DNA of 64,000 bases from IMGVR_UViG_3300032675_000001:186001-250000; one strand, 5' to 3'. Positions 23,770 through 34,452 are shown, numbered from the stretch's first letter. Numbers and translations: made by a program. Notes: generated by a model from the sequence alone, not told the origin.

Positions 23770-26640
23770 ATGGCAGATTCAGGAACACAAAGCCCACTCG
23801 GCATAAACGTATTAGGATCAGTATTGAATAATACTGGTCTAACAATCAATCCTGTAGCTGCTGGCTACATGGGAGCAAGCAAGACAAACACTGATTATAC
23901 CTTTGGTAGTTTGGTGAGTAGCACCGCCCTTCGCTTGCTAACATGGGCAATCAATGACGGTTACAATAGAGGACCCGGCAACAGCAATGCAACTCTAAGT
24001 AACACAACTTATAACAATCTTATTTCAATTGGTAGTACCACAATTCCAGCGTTAGGCAACTCACCTCCTTCTACTTATGTTATCAGTGATCCGGCAAATG
24101 TTTGGACAGGTCAAGCAACATCTGGTTATGGCATTTCTGGTAATACTGGACAAGGACAGTCTGCTACTTGGTTACCGTATAGTACTAGCAATCCAAACAT
24201 GTCAGTTACTCAATGGGGTTACACAAGACTTCATGCTCTCCAAGCATGGAATGAGTTTAACTGGAACGGCACCAGCACAACACAGTCAGTTCCAGATTAC
24301 AAAGAGTTCTGCTCATCTGTAATAACTGCTAACGGTTTGATGACCGCAGCAAACAAAGTAACAACATCAGCAAACAACGCTAACACGTTCCTTGATGGCA
24401 CATACAGCAACATGAATGATCTAATCAGTGCTGATGTTGCGGGTATAAGTCTATCTACGGTTGATTTCGGTAATGATTTGGTAAATCTCGGAAACGCACT
24501 AGATTTAACCACGATTGAATCTTTTGGGCTACCATCTAATCTGTTGGTAACTCTCGGTAAGAACTTGGCAGTAACACAAGACTTAAGCTTGGCATTATTA
24601 GCTTCTGGTCTGTCTACTACTGACGTATCAAACATCACAAATGGTCTGGCTCCAAATATAACCACACAACAGCAACAGCAGATTTATGGTGCATTTTTGA
24701 TCATTACTGGGGAAAATCTACAGAATGTTTTGGCACCATTGCAGTGCAACACACAAGGATTGAATACTCTTGCTGATTTATTGAATGTTCAAAAGCTTTT
24801 TCCAACAAGCTATGCTTCATTAACTGTGCCAGTATACAATGGTGCACCGGGTCCAACAAACAGTAAGACATATTACTTGATTTACTCCAACGGCGGCGTT
24901 AACACAGCACTCAGTAATCCTGTCATTCAAAACTATGTAGGAAGCCAGATTCCAAATGGCACTCCTCAGATTTTTGATAAAGCTGTAGACCCTTCAAACT
25001 ATGCTCCCCCACCAATAGGATTTGGATCATATCTGAATAACATTCTTCCTTTTGATCAAGCTGTGGCTGCGGGCGCATTCTCATACACAATGAGACAGGT
25101 TCGCAATATTAAAAACTGCAACTTCGCAAAGTTTGCCAAAGTAGTTCAGGGTATTGAAAACACATCAGATTTACCATTAGTGGGTGGCACAAGTAAACCA
25201 ACAGATCAAACATTGAATGACATTGCTATATCAAAAACGGCAGTAGGTTCTGGTCTTCAAGGAACCTATACGATGTCTGATTTCTTTGGTTGCATGTCGG
25301 GTTTGCCTTATCCATGGCAGTTGATTCAAGAACGTATTACACAGCTTCAAACCACAAAACTTTACAATATATATCAGCAGTTACTCTTGGCAGTGGAATG
25401 GGAACAAGCAACGGCAACCGTTCAGTATACCACAAATGTGATTGGTGGCACACCGTATTATACAACAACTGGGGTTACTATAAACTCTCCGGGTGGTGGA
25501 TATGGACGAGGTGGCGCACCCGCTCCGACTATTACCATTTCAGATGGGTCAACTGCAACATGCACGATTGATACCAATGATGCAAATGCTGGCTCAAACG
25601 ATACTGGAACCTTTGGTAGAATAAAAACAATCACTTTTGGAACTGCAGGACCAGCTAGCACGACAATACCAACTGCACAGATTCAGGCACCACCTACGGC
25701 AGTACTCCCAGTAAACACAAATGGTTCAGTGGCTACCGGTGGCACCAACACTGCTTATGGTACATCTGGATGGACATCTACAATGAACACCGTGGTCCAA
25801 GATTATATTAATCAGGCCAATACGGAGATTGCTAGCATTCAGCAAAATAATCCAACCATTGCTAACTATTTGCAAACTTATTGGAACACATGCGGTGCAC
25901 AACTTACTATTGAACAGCGCACCCGCTATGTAAATATTATTCCTGTTCCTGTACCTAAGAACAACTTCCTCAATCTTTATCCATCATCATTGAACTTTTT
26001 TGTTGATACTGTTCCAACAATGGCACAGGATACTGGACCACACATGAGTGCACAGACACTTGAAGCTATTAGTGATTTAAGCACCACTGGCGGACAAAGT
26101 ATTGTAGCGATGATGAGACAGGAGCGAAATCAGTCTAGACTACAATCTGCTGGTATTGATTTGGACAATAATATACCAAATACCCCATCACCAAGTGATA
26201 TTAAAACATTGACAACTAATGGTACTATTGCTGGTGCGGTAACTGGAATCACAAGTCCAAATGGGAATACATATACAAATCCTGCTTGGCCAGCAAATAT
26301 ACAGGATGGGGTTATTATTTCTCCTTCCCCACTAGGATTGTATAATCCTACGACTGGATTCCAGCCAGCCGATAGCACTACTGCCGGTGACATTACGCAG
26401 ATTTTAAATGGAACTCAAAATCCATTGGTTAACCCTACCATTCCAGTAGGGCCTTCTGCAAATGTGGCACCTACAAACTCAGTGGTAATCATAGCCCCAC
26501 CAGCCGATCAGAATCCAAACAATCTTCCACCAAACTTGGACCCTAACTTTATCAATAGTGCGCTGTTACCAGCGTCACCAAGTGTTGATGATGCGATCCA
26601 TCACATAACAACGTGCAACTGTGATTGTTGGGTAGCTTAA
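23770..26640 (+). CDS. Large putative virion structural protein (956 aa)
   Basis: Long ORF after PAAR; SPGGGY..APTITI module; ends in CNCDCW. Confidence 0.6.
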   Translation: MADSGTQSPLGINVLGSVLNNTGLTINPVAAGYMGASKTNTDYTFGSLVSSTALRLLTWAINDGYNRGPGNSNATLSNTTYNNLISIGSTTIPALGNSPPSTYVISDPANVWTGQATSGYGISGNTGQGQSATWLPYSTSNPNMSVTQWGYTRLHALQAWNEFNWNGTSTTQSVPDYKEFCSSVITANGLMTAANKVTTSANNANTFLDGTYSNMNDLISADVAGISLSTVDFGNDLVNLGNALDLTTIESFGLPSNLLVTLGKNLAVTQDLSLALLASGLSTTDVSNITNGLAPNITTQQQQQIYGAFLIITGENLQNVLAPLQCNTQGLNTLADLLNVQKLFPTSYASLTVPVYNGAPGPTNSKTYYLIYSNGGVNTALSNPVIQNYVGSQIPNGTPQIFDKAVDPSNYAPPPIGFGSYLNNILPFDQAVAAGAFSYTMRQVRNIKNCNFAKFAKVVQGIENTSDLPLVGGTSKPTDQTLNDIAISKTAVGSGLQGTYTMSDFFGCMSGLPYPWQLIQERITQLQTTKLYNIYQQLLLAVEWEQATATVQYTTNVIGGTPYYTTTGVTINSPGGGYGRGGAPAPTITISDGSTATCTIDTNDANAGSNDTGTFGRIKTITFGTAGPASTTIPTAQIQAPPTAVLPVNTNGSVATGGTNTAYGTSGWTSTMNTVVQDYINQANTEIASIQQNNPTIANYLQTYWNTCGAQLTIEQRTRYVNIIPVPVPKNNFLNLYPSSLNFFVDTVPTMAQDTGPHMSAQTLEAISDLSTTGGQSIVAMMRQERNQSRLQSAGIDLDNNIPNTPSPSDIKTLTTNGTIAGAVTGITSPNGNTYTNPAWPANIQDGVIISPSPLGLYNPTTGFQPADSTTAGDITQILNGTQNPLVNPTIPVGPSANVAPTNSVVIIAPPADQNPNNLPPNLDPNFINSALLPASPSVDDAIHHITTCNCDCWVA

Positions 26641-26819
26641 GGTTTTGTTTTATTTGTTGCTGATTTGCTTTGGTCGGCAGTGGCAGAAAGACACTCATTA
26701 GCTTGTGTGTGAATCTTGACCATAAGAGGGTATACCCCGGATGATGTTGGTAGCTGTCCAATACATTCAAGCAATACGTTAACCTCATCAAGGCTAAGTT
26801 TCAGTTCAATCTGGTCCAT
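26637..26819 (-). CDS. Small hypothetical protein
   Basis: GGAG RBS before MDQIELKLSLDEVN. Confidence 0.6.
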   Translation of the reverse strand: MDQIELKLSLDEVNVLLECIGQLPTSSGVYPLMVKIHTQANECLSATADQSKSATNKTKP

Positions 26820-26920
26820 ATCATTTTTCTCCGTGTGGGCAATGCTAATATTTATATTTCCGCTTGACACGGTATCATTTTTCATCTATATGCTCGGTAT
26901 AGATTGAAAAGGGTATTTTT

Positions 26921-27382
26921 ATGCGTATTCGTGTTGATTATGAAGAAGACTGCACCCATTCGTATTTTGAGGATGTGGCGTATGGTGATTGGGAAGAAAA
27001 ATATTCTTCGAGTGTGACCGATGCCTATCGTATTGCAGACGATGCTGATGTTCCTTATCGCAGCGAATCGTTTGTCGTTCCTGATGATGCTGAATATGTC
27101 TATGTGGTCTACATGATCTACGACACTGGAGACAGCTTCGGTCGTGCTTATGGAAAGATCGACATTCTTCATGCTACCATTTCGGAAACTCAAGCGGACA
27201 AGCTGGCCAAGTACGTCACTGAACATTCCGAAGAATACACTATCAAGTTCAAGGACGACTTCGGGCGTGATATTTCCATTGACAACCGTGGTTCTGGCTA
27301 CTTCGAAGACATTCAATATGTCGGGGTAGAGCGATTTGCCATCGGAGACGGTGTTGCAAAGAAGCGTTATTTCGTTAACTAA
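26921..27382 (+). CDS. Hypothetical early protein (acidic)
   Basis: ORF after a TTGACA promoter at 26864. Confidence 0.7.
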   Translation: MRIRVDYEEDCTHSYFEDVAYGDWEEKYSSSVTDAYRIADDADVPYRSESFVVPDDAEYVYVVYMIYDTGDSFGRAYGKIDILHATISETQADKLAKYVTEHSEEYTIKFKDDFGRDISIDNRGSGYFEDIQYVGVERFAIGDGVAKKRYFVN

Positions 27383-27399
27383 CCCATAGGAGACTGACA

Positions 27400-27627
27400 A
27401 TGAACCGTAGTGAAGCTCTTGCACCGCTTAAAGCAGGTGAAGGACGTGTTCCAGTTACTGCTGGCGTAGTTATCCGTGGTCAGATTCGCAAGGCAGCACT
27501 GCTTTCGGGCATTGACTATTACGAAGAGAAAGGTTGGCTTGAATCAACTTTTATCTTTCGTGGTCCAGCAGATAAGTTGATGCGGTTCTATAAGTGGGCT
27601 AAACAAAACTTTGGCGATGAGGATTGA
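27400..27627 (+). CDS. Hypothetical protein
   Basis: AGGAG RBS. Confidence 0.65.
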   Translation: MNRSEALAPLKAGEGRVPVTAGVVIRGQIRKAALLSGIDYYEEKGWLESTFIFRGPADKLMRFYKWAKQNFGDED

Positions 27628-27630
27628 GAA

Positions 27631-27894
27631 ATGAAACTTGACTGTATTGGACGTAAACTCAAGGTTAATGATCATGTTTCCGTTCCATATGACCATAACT
27701 GGCTGATTTGCCCAACACAATTGATTGGTAAAATCACGCGGTTGGGAACGAAATATGTATATGTACGGTTAACGATTCCTCAACATGAAGGAGACACAAA
27801 GGGTCACGTGGAAGAAATTCCTGTTATTCCTAAGGATTTGTGTAAAATTGAAGACTCTTTTGATTTGTTGAAATATCTGATCACGAGGGATTGA
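27631..27894 (+). CDS. Hypothetical protein
   Basis: ORF in a tightly packed run. Confidence 0.6.
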   Translation: MKLDCIGRKLKVNDHVSVPYDHNWLICPTQLIGKITRLGTKYVYVRLTIPQHEGDTKGHVEEIPVIPKDLCKIEDSFDLLKYLITRD

Positions 27895-27964
27895 AAAATG
27901 ATCTTGACAAGGTGATGGTTTAGCAGTATACGCAACACATCACTCTGATACTAAGGAAAAACTA

Positions 27965-28150
27965 ATGCTGTTTCTTATTCAAAGCGGACTGCTCAGCTTT
28001 GCGGCTGCACTGTTCATCGCTCTTATGGGCATTCTTACTTGGCACTTGGGTCGCAGTGTTCCGGTTGCCATCATGAACTTCTGTTTGGCGGTAATGAACA
28101 TCGGGTTTGGTATCATGAATATTGTAACCCATCCTGGAATTTGGAATTAA
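27965..28150 (+). CDS. Small membrane protein
   Basis: Two hydrophobic segments; promoter at 27904; AAGGA RBS. Confidence 0.6.
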   Translation: MLFLIQSGLLSFAAALFIALMGILTWHLGRSVPVAIMNFCLAVMNIGFGIMNIVTHPGIWN

Positions 28151-28190
28151 AAGCTTCTATTAAGTCGCACTACAACTAAGGAGATAAGAC

Positions 28191-28436
28191 ATGGATTTGT
28201 TTCTGAATGGTCGCAGGGTTCTGTTTGCAGAAGTTGAAGGGGTTGACTTCAAGGACTATCCCAAGTTCTGTGATGCATATATCGCCTATGCTGAGTTTGA
28301 AAACGGGATGCCGCTGAACGATTTCCAGCTTGATCAGCTTACCGAAGAAAACTATGATTTCATTCACGCTGAGTGCATGGAACAGATGTTTGGTGCAGCC
28401 GATTCCGCTCGTGAATACACAAGTGAGTGTGGATAA
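28191..28436 (+). CDS. Hypothetical phage protein
   Basis: AAGGAG RBS; DYPKFCDAYI motif. Confidence 0.65.
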   Translation: MDLFLNGRRVLFAEVEGVDFKDYPKFCDAYIAYAEFENGMPLNDFQLDQLTEENYDFIHAECMEQMFGAADSAREYTSECG

Positions 28437-28501
28437 AAAGTTGTTGACACTATAATCTTTTGGTTCTATGATCACTTCATACTCAAACAAAGGAGTTTAC
28501 C

Positions 28502-28705
28502 ATGAACAAGTATCAAATCGCTTCTGCTGTTGTTGATGAATACATTGCTCTTCTTGATAAAAAGTATGAAAATGATCAATATAAATATCCATGCAAAACT
28601 GGTCATCTCCAAGAGGCTCTCGTGTGGGCAGTAGCTGAAGGCGTTGAAGCCATTCAAGAACGCATCAAGCGGTTGAAATCGGAACAGGAAATCAGCGATG
28701 CATAA
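28502..28705 (+). CDS. Hypothetical protein
   Basis: Promoter at 28444; AAGGAG RBS. Confidence 0.6.
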   Translation: MNKYQIASAVVDEYIALLDKKYENDQYKYPCKTGHLQEALVWAVAEGVEAIQERIKRLKSEQEISDA

Positions 28706-28889
28706 AAACATTGAATCTATTCCCACTGATCAACTCTTTGAGGACGGATTTGCAATGGTTGCTGTTGGTGCTTACCGTTTGATGGAAGACGGTAAGTACC
28801 AAGAAGCATACGATCAGTTGGGATATGTACTCGACTTGTTGATGGAAGATCGGCAAATGCTTCGTAAAAAGTATAAGGTAGAACCGTGA
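28698..28889 (+). CDS. Hypothetical protein
   Basis: Overlap-coupled ORF. Confidence 0.55.
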   Translation: MHKNIESIPTDQLFEDGFAMVAVGAYRLMEDGKYQEAYDQLGYVLDLLMEDRQMLRKKYKVEP

Positions 28890-29036
28890 TTCCTTTAGCA
28901 TTTCGCGGGCTTGCGTTATTTGCTTGTTCGGCGCTATTGATGTACTTCATCGTTAAGAACATGAATCGACCGCGCTAAGACACAATATAATAATATACTA
29001 ACTTTTTCATAAATAGTTACTCAAGGAGTTTAACTT

Positions 29037-29879
29037 ATGAAAAAGTTAGTAACCGCAGTTATGATGCTGCTATCATTGTCGTTGACGATAACAACGACAC
29101 CTGCATTTGCTTGGAATCAGAGAGCACCTCTTCCTCTACAGCAATGCTCAATCCATGCACCATTTGGTGCGCCTCAGTCTGCTCGTCCATTGGAAATGAT
29201 CTGCCGTGAAGCGTATCTTGTTGGATTTGATCCAACGGCACACATTCCCGAATATGTTGAGTGGACTCTTACTCCACAAGCTGCATTGGGTTGTGTAGCA
29301 CGTTCAAACGCATTTGCTACTGACATGAGTGTACCGGGAAGTGCTGCACCGCAAGACTATGCAGGTACAGGATATGATAAGGGACACATGGCACCAGACG
29401 GTGATCAATCTTGGAATCAGCAAGTAGAGTTTGAATCATTCTTGATGACCAATATGACACCACAAGCTGGATCACTAAACCGTGGTATCTGGAAGTTGCT
29501 TGAAACTTCATTCCGTGGTTGGGTATATCAAGAAAATCGTCCATTCACTGCCATCTCTGGTGCAATCTATGGACCACAAGATAAGAAAATCGGTCGTGGC
29601 GTTGTTGTTCCTCACGCATTCTACAAGATCGTGATTGATGACGAAACTGGTTATGTTGCTGCTTGGTATTTCCCACATGTTGCACCATATCCTAACCTAG
29701 GTAATGACTTGACACGTTATCGTAGATCGGTAGCACAGATTGAACAAGAAGCAGGCATTCGTATTGGTCTTCCAAAGAATGCACAGGAAGTTCCTGTCGG
29801 TAAGGAATGGCCAGTAAACTTTGGTGCACTCACACAGGCTAAAAGAGCCAAGTGTGGTGCAAATGCTTCTATTGACTAA
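29037..29879 (+). CDS. DNA/RNA non-specific endonuclease (NucA/Serratia family) with signal peptide
   Basis: YDKGHMAP, SFLMTNMTPQ...NRGIW..LE; hydrophobic N-terminus ending AFA. Confidence 0.92.
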   Translation: MKKLVTAVMMLLSLSLTITTTPAFAWNQRAPLPLQQCSIHAPFGAPQSARPLEMICREAYLVGFDPTAHIPEYVEWTLTPQAALGCVARSNAFATDMSVPGSAAPQDYAGTGYDKGHMAPDGDQSWNQQVEFESFLMTNMTPQAGSLNRGIWKLLETSFRGWVYQENRPFTAISGAIYGPQDKKIGRGVVVPHAFYKIVIDDETGYVAAWYFPHVAPYPNLGNDLTRYRRSVAQIEQEAGIRIGLPKNAQEVPVGKEWPVNFGALTQAKRAKCGANASID

Positions 29880-30087
29880 AATACAAGGGCAGTGCAGCAT
29901 TTATGTTGCACTGTCCACCAAAAGGTGATATGATGAATCTTAATCGTTTAGGAAGTGGTCGCAAACTTATTGACCAGATTTCCAACAAGGGAAACAATAG
30001 AAATATGGGTTGGACATATCAACAACAGCAAAAGTTGCTAGATACTCAAAAAAATCCTCACAATCCACAGACGAGAAACGTTAAGAA

Positions 30088-30351
30088 ATGAGCGATAATA
30101 GAGAGAAGAAGTCCATGCGCCGCGCAAAAACGGTGAATGCTATTGAACGTCAAAAACGTATAGCCAAAGCTGCAGGCGTAAATCATACCAAGAATCAGCC
30201 ACACCGTTATGCAAAGATGCATTCATTGAACTGTGGTGATCCTGATTGTGTAATGTGTGGAAATCCTCGCAAGTTTTTCAAAGAGCGCACATTGCAAGAG
30301 AAAAAGTTTATTGAAGGCACAAAACTTGATGCCCAAAATGGTTGCATTTAA
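30088..30351 (+). CDS. Small basic Cys-containing phage protein
   Basis: CGDPDCVMCGNPRK. Confidence 0.65.
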   Translation: MSDNREKKSMRRAKTVNAIERQKRIAKAAGVNHTKNQPHRYAKMHSLNCGDPDCVMCGNPRKFFKERTLQEKKFIEGTKLDAQNGCI

Positions 30352-30379
30352 CCAAAAACGTGTTATAGTTAAAACATAA

Positions 30380-30454
30380 GCGTCTGAGGTTGAGTGGCAT
30401 CACACGGGTCTCTAAAGCTCAGGATAGCGGGTTCGAATCCTGCCAGACGCGCCA
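30380..30454 (+). tRNA. Amber suppressor tRNA (anticodon CTA)
   Basis: Acceptor GCGTCTG/CAGACGC plus GCCA; T arm GCGGG-TTCGAAT-CCTGC; loop CT-CTA-AA in a wobble-rich CGGGT/GCTCA stem. Confidence 0.75.
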
Positions 30455-30474
30455 ATATTCTACAGGAGAATAAA

Positions 30475-31020
30475 ATGAGTGACGCACTTCCAACTGTCGT
30501 TCCGGCAGTAGTATTTAAGACTCGTGTCCGTGATGACAGCATCGAAGGACCTAATCCATATCGTTGGCAGGATGTAACCTCCTACGATTACTTCGGTGGC
30601 AAGCGAGTCGTTCTTTTTTCCCTTCCGGGTGCATTCACCCCAACTTGTTCAACTTACCAGCTTCCTGGATTTGAGCAGAATTTTACTGCTTTTCAGGAAC
30701 TCGGCATTGATGCAATCTATTGCCTTTCAGTTAACGACTCATTCGTAATGAACAAGTGGGCACAGGATCAGGGTATTCAGAATGTTCAAGTTATTCCGGA
30801 TGGTTCTGGTGTTTTCACTAGCGCGATGAACATGCTTGTTGCCAAGGACAATCTTGGCTTTGGTGCTCGTTCATGGCGCTATGCAGTCATCGTGGACAAC
30901 GGTGTCATTGAAAAGTGGTTCATTGAACCGGGAATTGAGCATAACTGTGCAACTGATCCATATGGTGAAACTTCGCCTGAGAATATTCTTGCCTATCTTA
31001 ACGGCTTGAATCAGGGATAA
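30475..31020 (+). CDS. Peroxiredoxin (Prx5/type II)
   Basis: LPGAFTPTCS, SVNDSFVM..W, RSWRYA. Confidence 0.93.
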   Translation: MSDALPTVVPAVVFKTRVRDDSIEGPNPYRWQDVTSYDYFGGKRVVLFSLPGAFTPTCSTYQLPGFEQNFTAFQELGIDAIYCLSVNDSFVMNKWAQDQGIQNVQVIPDGSGVFTSAMNMLVAKDNLGFGARSWRYAVIVDNGVIEKWFIEPGIEHNCATDPYGETSPENILAYLNGLNQG

Positions 31021-31023
31021 GCT

Positions 31024-31401
31024 ATGAACACTGTATTGTGGCTGCTGGTAGCATTTCAAATTAAACATTTTGTCTGTGACTTTCTGTTGCAGCCAGAATA
31101 CATGTGGAAAAATAAGGGGACTCTGGGACATCGTGGTGGAATTGATCACGCGGTGTTCCACGCCCTTACTACTTACGGGATTCTGTTGTATTTTTCGGTT
31201 CCAGTAGTTGAAGCATACACTATGTTTCTGCTTGAGTTCTTTGCTCACTACTTCATTGATTATGCAAAGATGAACATCAATCGTATCAAGGGCTGGAAAG
31301 CTGATACTCATCCTCAGTTTTGGAATGCACTGGGGCTTGATCAACTGCTACATCAACTAACTTATGTAGCTATTCTTGCATTCATTAATTTACCGCACTA
31401 A
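31024..31401 (+). CDS. DUF3307-like membrane protein
   Basis: HFVCDF.LQ, H...H, HYFID, DQLLH. Confidence 0.75.
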   Translation: MNTVLWLLVAFQIKHFVCDFLLQPEYMWKNKGTLGHRGGIDHAVFHALTTYGILLYFSVPVVEAYTMFLLEFFAHYFIDYAKMNINRIKGWKADTHPQFWNALGLDQLLHQLTYVAILAFINLPH

Positions 31402-31422
31402 ATATATCAAAGGAGAATAACA

Positions 31423-32013
31423 ATGGCATAGATTGAATACGCATGTAAAGATGTAGTCTTCCATTTCAATAAGAAGCATCTGGAAGATCAGACCATTCCC
31501 ATGTGGGTCGTTAAAACACAGGGTAAAACCTACTATGTAGAGCATGTGGAATGTACGGTTCCATGGTCTACCAAAGAAACCCCAGATAATCCTAGCACTA
31601 AAGGCAGCATCAAAGTCAAAGACTGTCTTCTCGTCATTGACGAGGAAAACTGTGCCAACATCACTAAACTCACTGCACATGACAAGATTCGTCTTCGTAA
31701 TGAGGCGAAGGGTATAACTCGCATCGTGTATACTTACAACGGTAAGAAAGATGTTGAAGACGCCATCAATCAATCCAAAATCAAACATGGTCCATTCAAG
31801 ACGCTTGGTGGCGGGTGCGGCACAAAATTTTATGTAACGGAAATCATGAATAAATCAGAACTATCATTCCTGACACTATCGGCGGGTGACAAGTTCCGTG
31901 TCCTTATGCCAAATGAAAAACAGTATCAAGACTATGATGATCCTAATCATGATCCTGATTGGTATTGGAAACAAGAGGTTGAAGAAGATGAAGACGAGGA
32001 TGAAGATGATTAA
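31423..32013 (+). CDS. Hypothetical protein with an in-frame TAG at codon 3 (readthrough candidate or amber pseudogene)
   Basis: AGGAG-ATG GCA TAG ATT GAA..., in frame with ORF 31501..32013. Confidence 0.7.
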
Positions 32014-32197
32014 TAGTCAGCGTATCGTAGTTCCTAAAAAGGATTTTAGAAAGGTAGAGCAGGCTATAAAACAGTCTGGAGTAAAATTCTACCCCTTCTC
32101 AAAAACTTCTGATGGATATGAAATCGAGTTCACGCCTCAAGATCACCCATTGGTATCGTATCTTTTACTAAAGTATGATGTGTCTATGATTGACTAA
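32006..32197 (+). CDS. Hypothetical protein
   Basis: ATG at 32006, coupled to the upstream stop. Confidence 0.5.
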   Translation: MINSQRIVVPKKDFRKVEQAIKQSGVKFYPFSKTSDGYEIEFTPQDHPLVSYLLLKYDVSMID

Positions 32198-32220
32198 ATA
32201 CTGATATACTCGGAGTCATC

Positions 32221-33114
32221 ATGTCAGTAATTATTTTATCTAAGCGTCCAGAAGAGTACGAATGCATTCGGCTACTTGAATCATTTCAAAAACTAGATAT
32301 TAACGCTGGCATTACCCATCCAGATAAATATGACATCGTGGTTAATCAGTCTAATGAAACTGGTATCAAGTATGAAGGTCTTGCCATTGAAAAGCCAAAG
32401 TTGTTTCTTACTCGCACCGGTTCGGGAACAAACAACTTTGCAAGAGCATTGATAAGGCAATTTGAACAAGAGGGAATACTTACAGTAAATTCATCTGACA
32501 GTATTGAGATTGCAAAAGATAAGATGAGAACTTCTCAGATTTTAGCAAGCAATCATATTCCCATTCCAACAACAATGCTTGTTCGCTTTCCCGTAGAAAT
32601 TGATATTGTGGAAAACAAGATAGGCTTCCCGTGCATCGTTAAAGTTCTGAATGGTAGTTACGGTGAGGGAGTCTATCTTTGCGAAAAGAAAAGAGACTTC
32701 AAAAAACTGATGGAGTTTGTAGACTCATTGAAGAGTGCAAAAACTCTTATTGTTCAGGAATATGTAGGTCACCGACCGGGAGAAGACCTTAGGGTTTTTG
32801 TAGTCGGTGGTAAAGTGATCGGGGCCATGAAACGTGTTGCTCCTGTCGGTGACTTCCGCGCCAACATTACAAATGGTGGACACGGAGAACGTTTTGAAGT
32901 CACCGACGAAATTGACTATATTGCTCGTGAAACTGCACGAGTATGTGGATTACAGATTGCTGGTATTGACTTACTGTTTGATGAAAATGGATTCAAAGTT
33001 TGTGAAGCGAACTCAGCACCGGGATTTGAGGGATTCGAGAAATACTGTGAAGTGAATGTTGCTGATCATATTGCTGAGTTCGTGAGATTCAAGCTAAATG
33101 GTATCAATTCTTAA
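32221..33114 (+). CDS. rimK: RimK-family ATP-grasp peptide ligase
   Basis: AKDK, GSYGEGV, QEY, DLRVFVVG, FRAN..GG, GIDL, CEANSAPGFEG. Confidence 0.9.
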   Translation: MSVIILSKRPEEYECIRLLESFQKLDINAGITHPDKYDIVVNQSNETGIKYEGLAIEKPKLFLTRTGSGTNNFARALIRQFEQEGILTVNSSDSIEIAKDKMRTSQILASNHIPIPTTMLVRFPVEIDIVENKIGFPCIVKVLNGSYGEGVYLCEKKRDFKKLMEFVDSLKSAKTLIVQEYVGHRPGEDLRVFVVGGKVIGAMKRVAPVGDFRANITNGGHGERFEVTDEIDYIARETARVCGLQIAGIDLLFDENGFKVCEANSAPGFEGFEKYCEVNVADHIAEFVRFKLNGINS

Positions 33115-33123
33115 GGAATAATT

Positions 33124-33360
33124 ATGTCAAAAATGTATACAAATAAGAGAATCGTAGAAACAGAAGACAATCTACTTCCGCTTCCAAAACAAACTGATTC
33201 TGAAAAAAGAATCAAGTATCTTGAGGAAAGAGTGAGAGTACTAAGTGAGCAGGTTCATCGCATGGCATCAGCACTTGAACTAAACAACAAAAATATTCGC
33301 CGTCAAGGAAGCAACATCAACACTTTGGGTAATGCTTTACGTAGTAGTAAAAACGGGTAA
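33124..33360 (+). CDS. Hypothetical coiled-coil protein
   Basis: AAGGA RBS. Confidence 0.55.
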   Translation: MSKMYTNKRIVETEDNLLPLPKQTDSEKRIKYLEERVRVLSEQVHRMASALELNNKNIRRQGSNINTLGNALRSSKNG

Positions 33361-33600
33361 ACATTAGAAACTCTAAGAAAGTCACAGGGGTAAGAACCCA
33401 AAAGCTTCGCGGCAACTTTACCCCAGAAGAAAGAGAAGCTAAGCGTATTGCTGCAATTGAATTGCAAAGAGCAAATAAAGAAAAAAACCTGACATGTAAG
33501 GGAAACGCTAAATAGTTTTACAAAGATAAGCTTTGTAACCAACGGAGTTTTAAGAATCGGGCCTTTACTCCGTAGCCCATTTAAATATGAAGGAAAAACA

Positions 33601-34452
33601 ATGATGTATAATAGTAAGCTGGTCGCCAGCATCAAAGCCAACGGAAAAGTACTCCGTGAATTCAAAGATACCGTTTATATTCCATTCGGTTCTGAATACT
33701 CAATCCTACTAAAGAATCTCAACACAGTTAGAGCAAATATCAACATCTATATTGATGGCGATAACATTGTTCCCGGTGGACTCGTCCTCAATGCTGGACA
33801 AGAGATTGATCTTCAACGTGCCATTCGCAATGGAAACATGAATGAAGGCAACCGTTTCAAGTTCATTGAACGTACAGGCAAGATTGAAGACCATCGTGGT
33901 ATCAAGCTGGAAGACGGTTTGATCCGAGTAGAATATCAGTTTGAAAAGGTATTCAAGCGTCAGGATGGTATCTATTGGAACAACTACATAACTTGGACTG
34001 CACCGTCGCAACCACACTACGGTGATCCAAGTTGGCAAATTCTACGTTCAACTGGTGGAGGCACTGCAACTCCATCTTGGATGACAGGAACCACAACTTG
34101 TGGTGGTGATGGACTTGGTACAACCTATGCCGCAGTTAACAACATGGCTGTTGGTGCTACACTGACTGCAAGTTCTGCACAGGCATTCAATGCTGCTCCT
34201 CAGACTGAAACAGGAATCACTGTTCCGGGTAGCAAGAGCGATCAGAAGTTTGTAACAGTCAGTGATTTCGTATGTGAACCAGAAAAGCACAATATCATTC
34301 TCAAGTTGCTTGGTGAAACTCCTGACAACGAAGTAGTACGTAAGCCAATCACTGTTAAAGCTAAGCCAAAGTGTGTGACTTGTGGTAAGCAAAACAAAGC
34401 AGCATCCAAGTTTTGTTCAGAATGCGGAACTGCACTAGAAATTTTTGCATAA
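33601..34452 (+). CDS. Conserved phage protein with C-terminal zinc ribbon
   Basis: CVTCG...FCSECG. Confidence 0.7.
   Translation: MMYNSKLVASIKANGKVLREFKDTVYIPFGSEYSILLKNLNTVRANINIYIDGDNIVPGGLVLNAGQEIDLQRAIRNGNMNEGNRFKFIERTGKIEDHRGIKLEDGLIRVEYQFEKVFKRQDGIYWNNYITWTAPSQPHYGDPSWQILRSTGGGTATPSWMTGTTTCGGDGLGTTYAAVNNMAVGATLTASSAQAFNAAPQTETGITVPGSKSDQKFVTVSDFVCEPEKHNIILKLLGETPDNEVVRKPITVKAKPKCVTCGKQNKAASKFCSECGTALEIFA

Noticed and set aside
33345-33515. Programmed -1 frameshift extending 33124..33360
   Set aside because: A start-less open frame follows, but T-AAA-AAC is a poor slippery site and I saw no stimulator.
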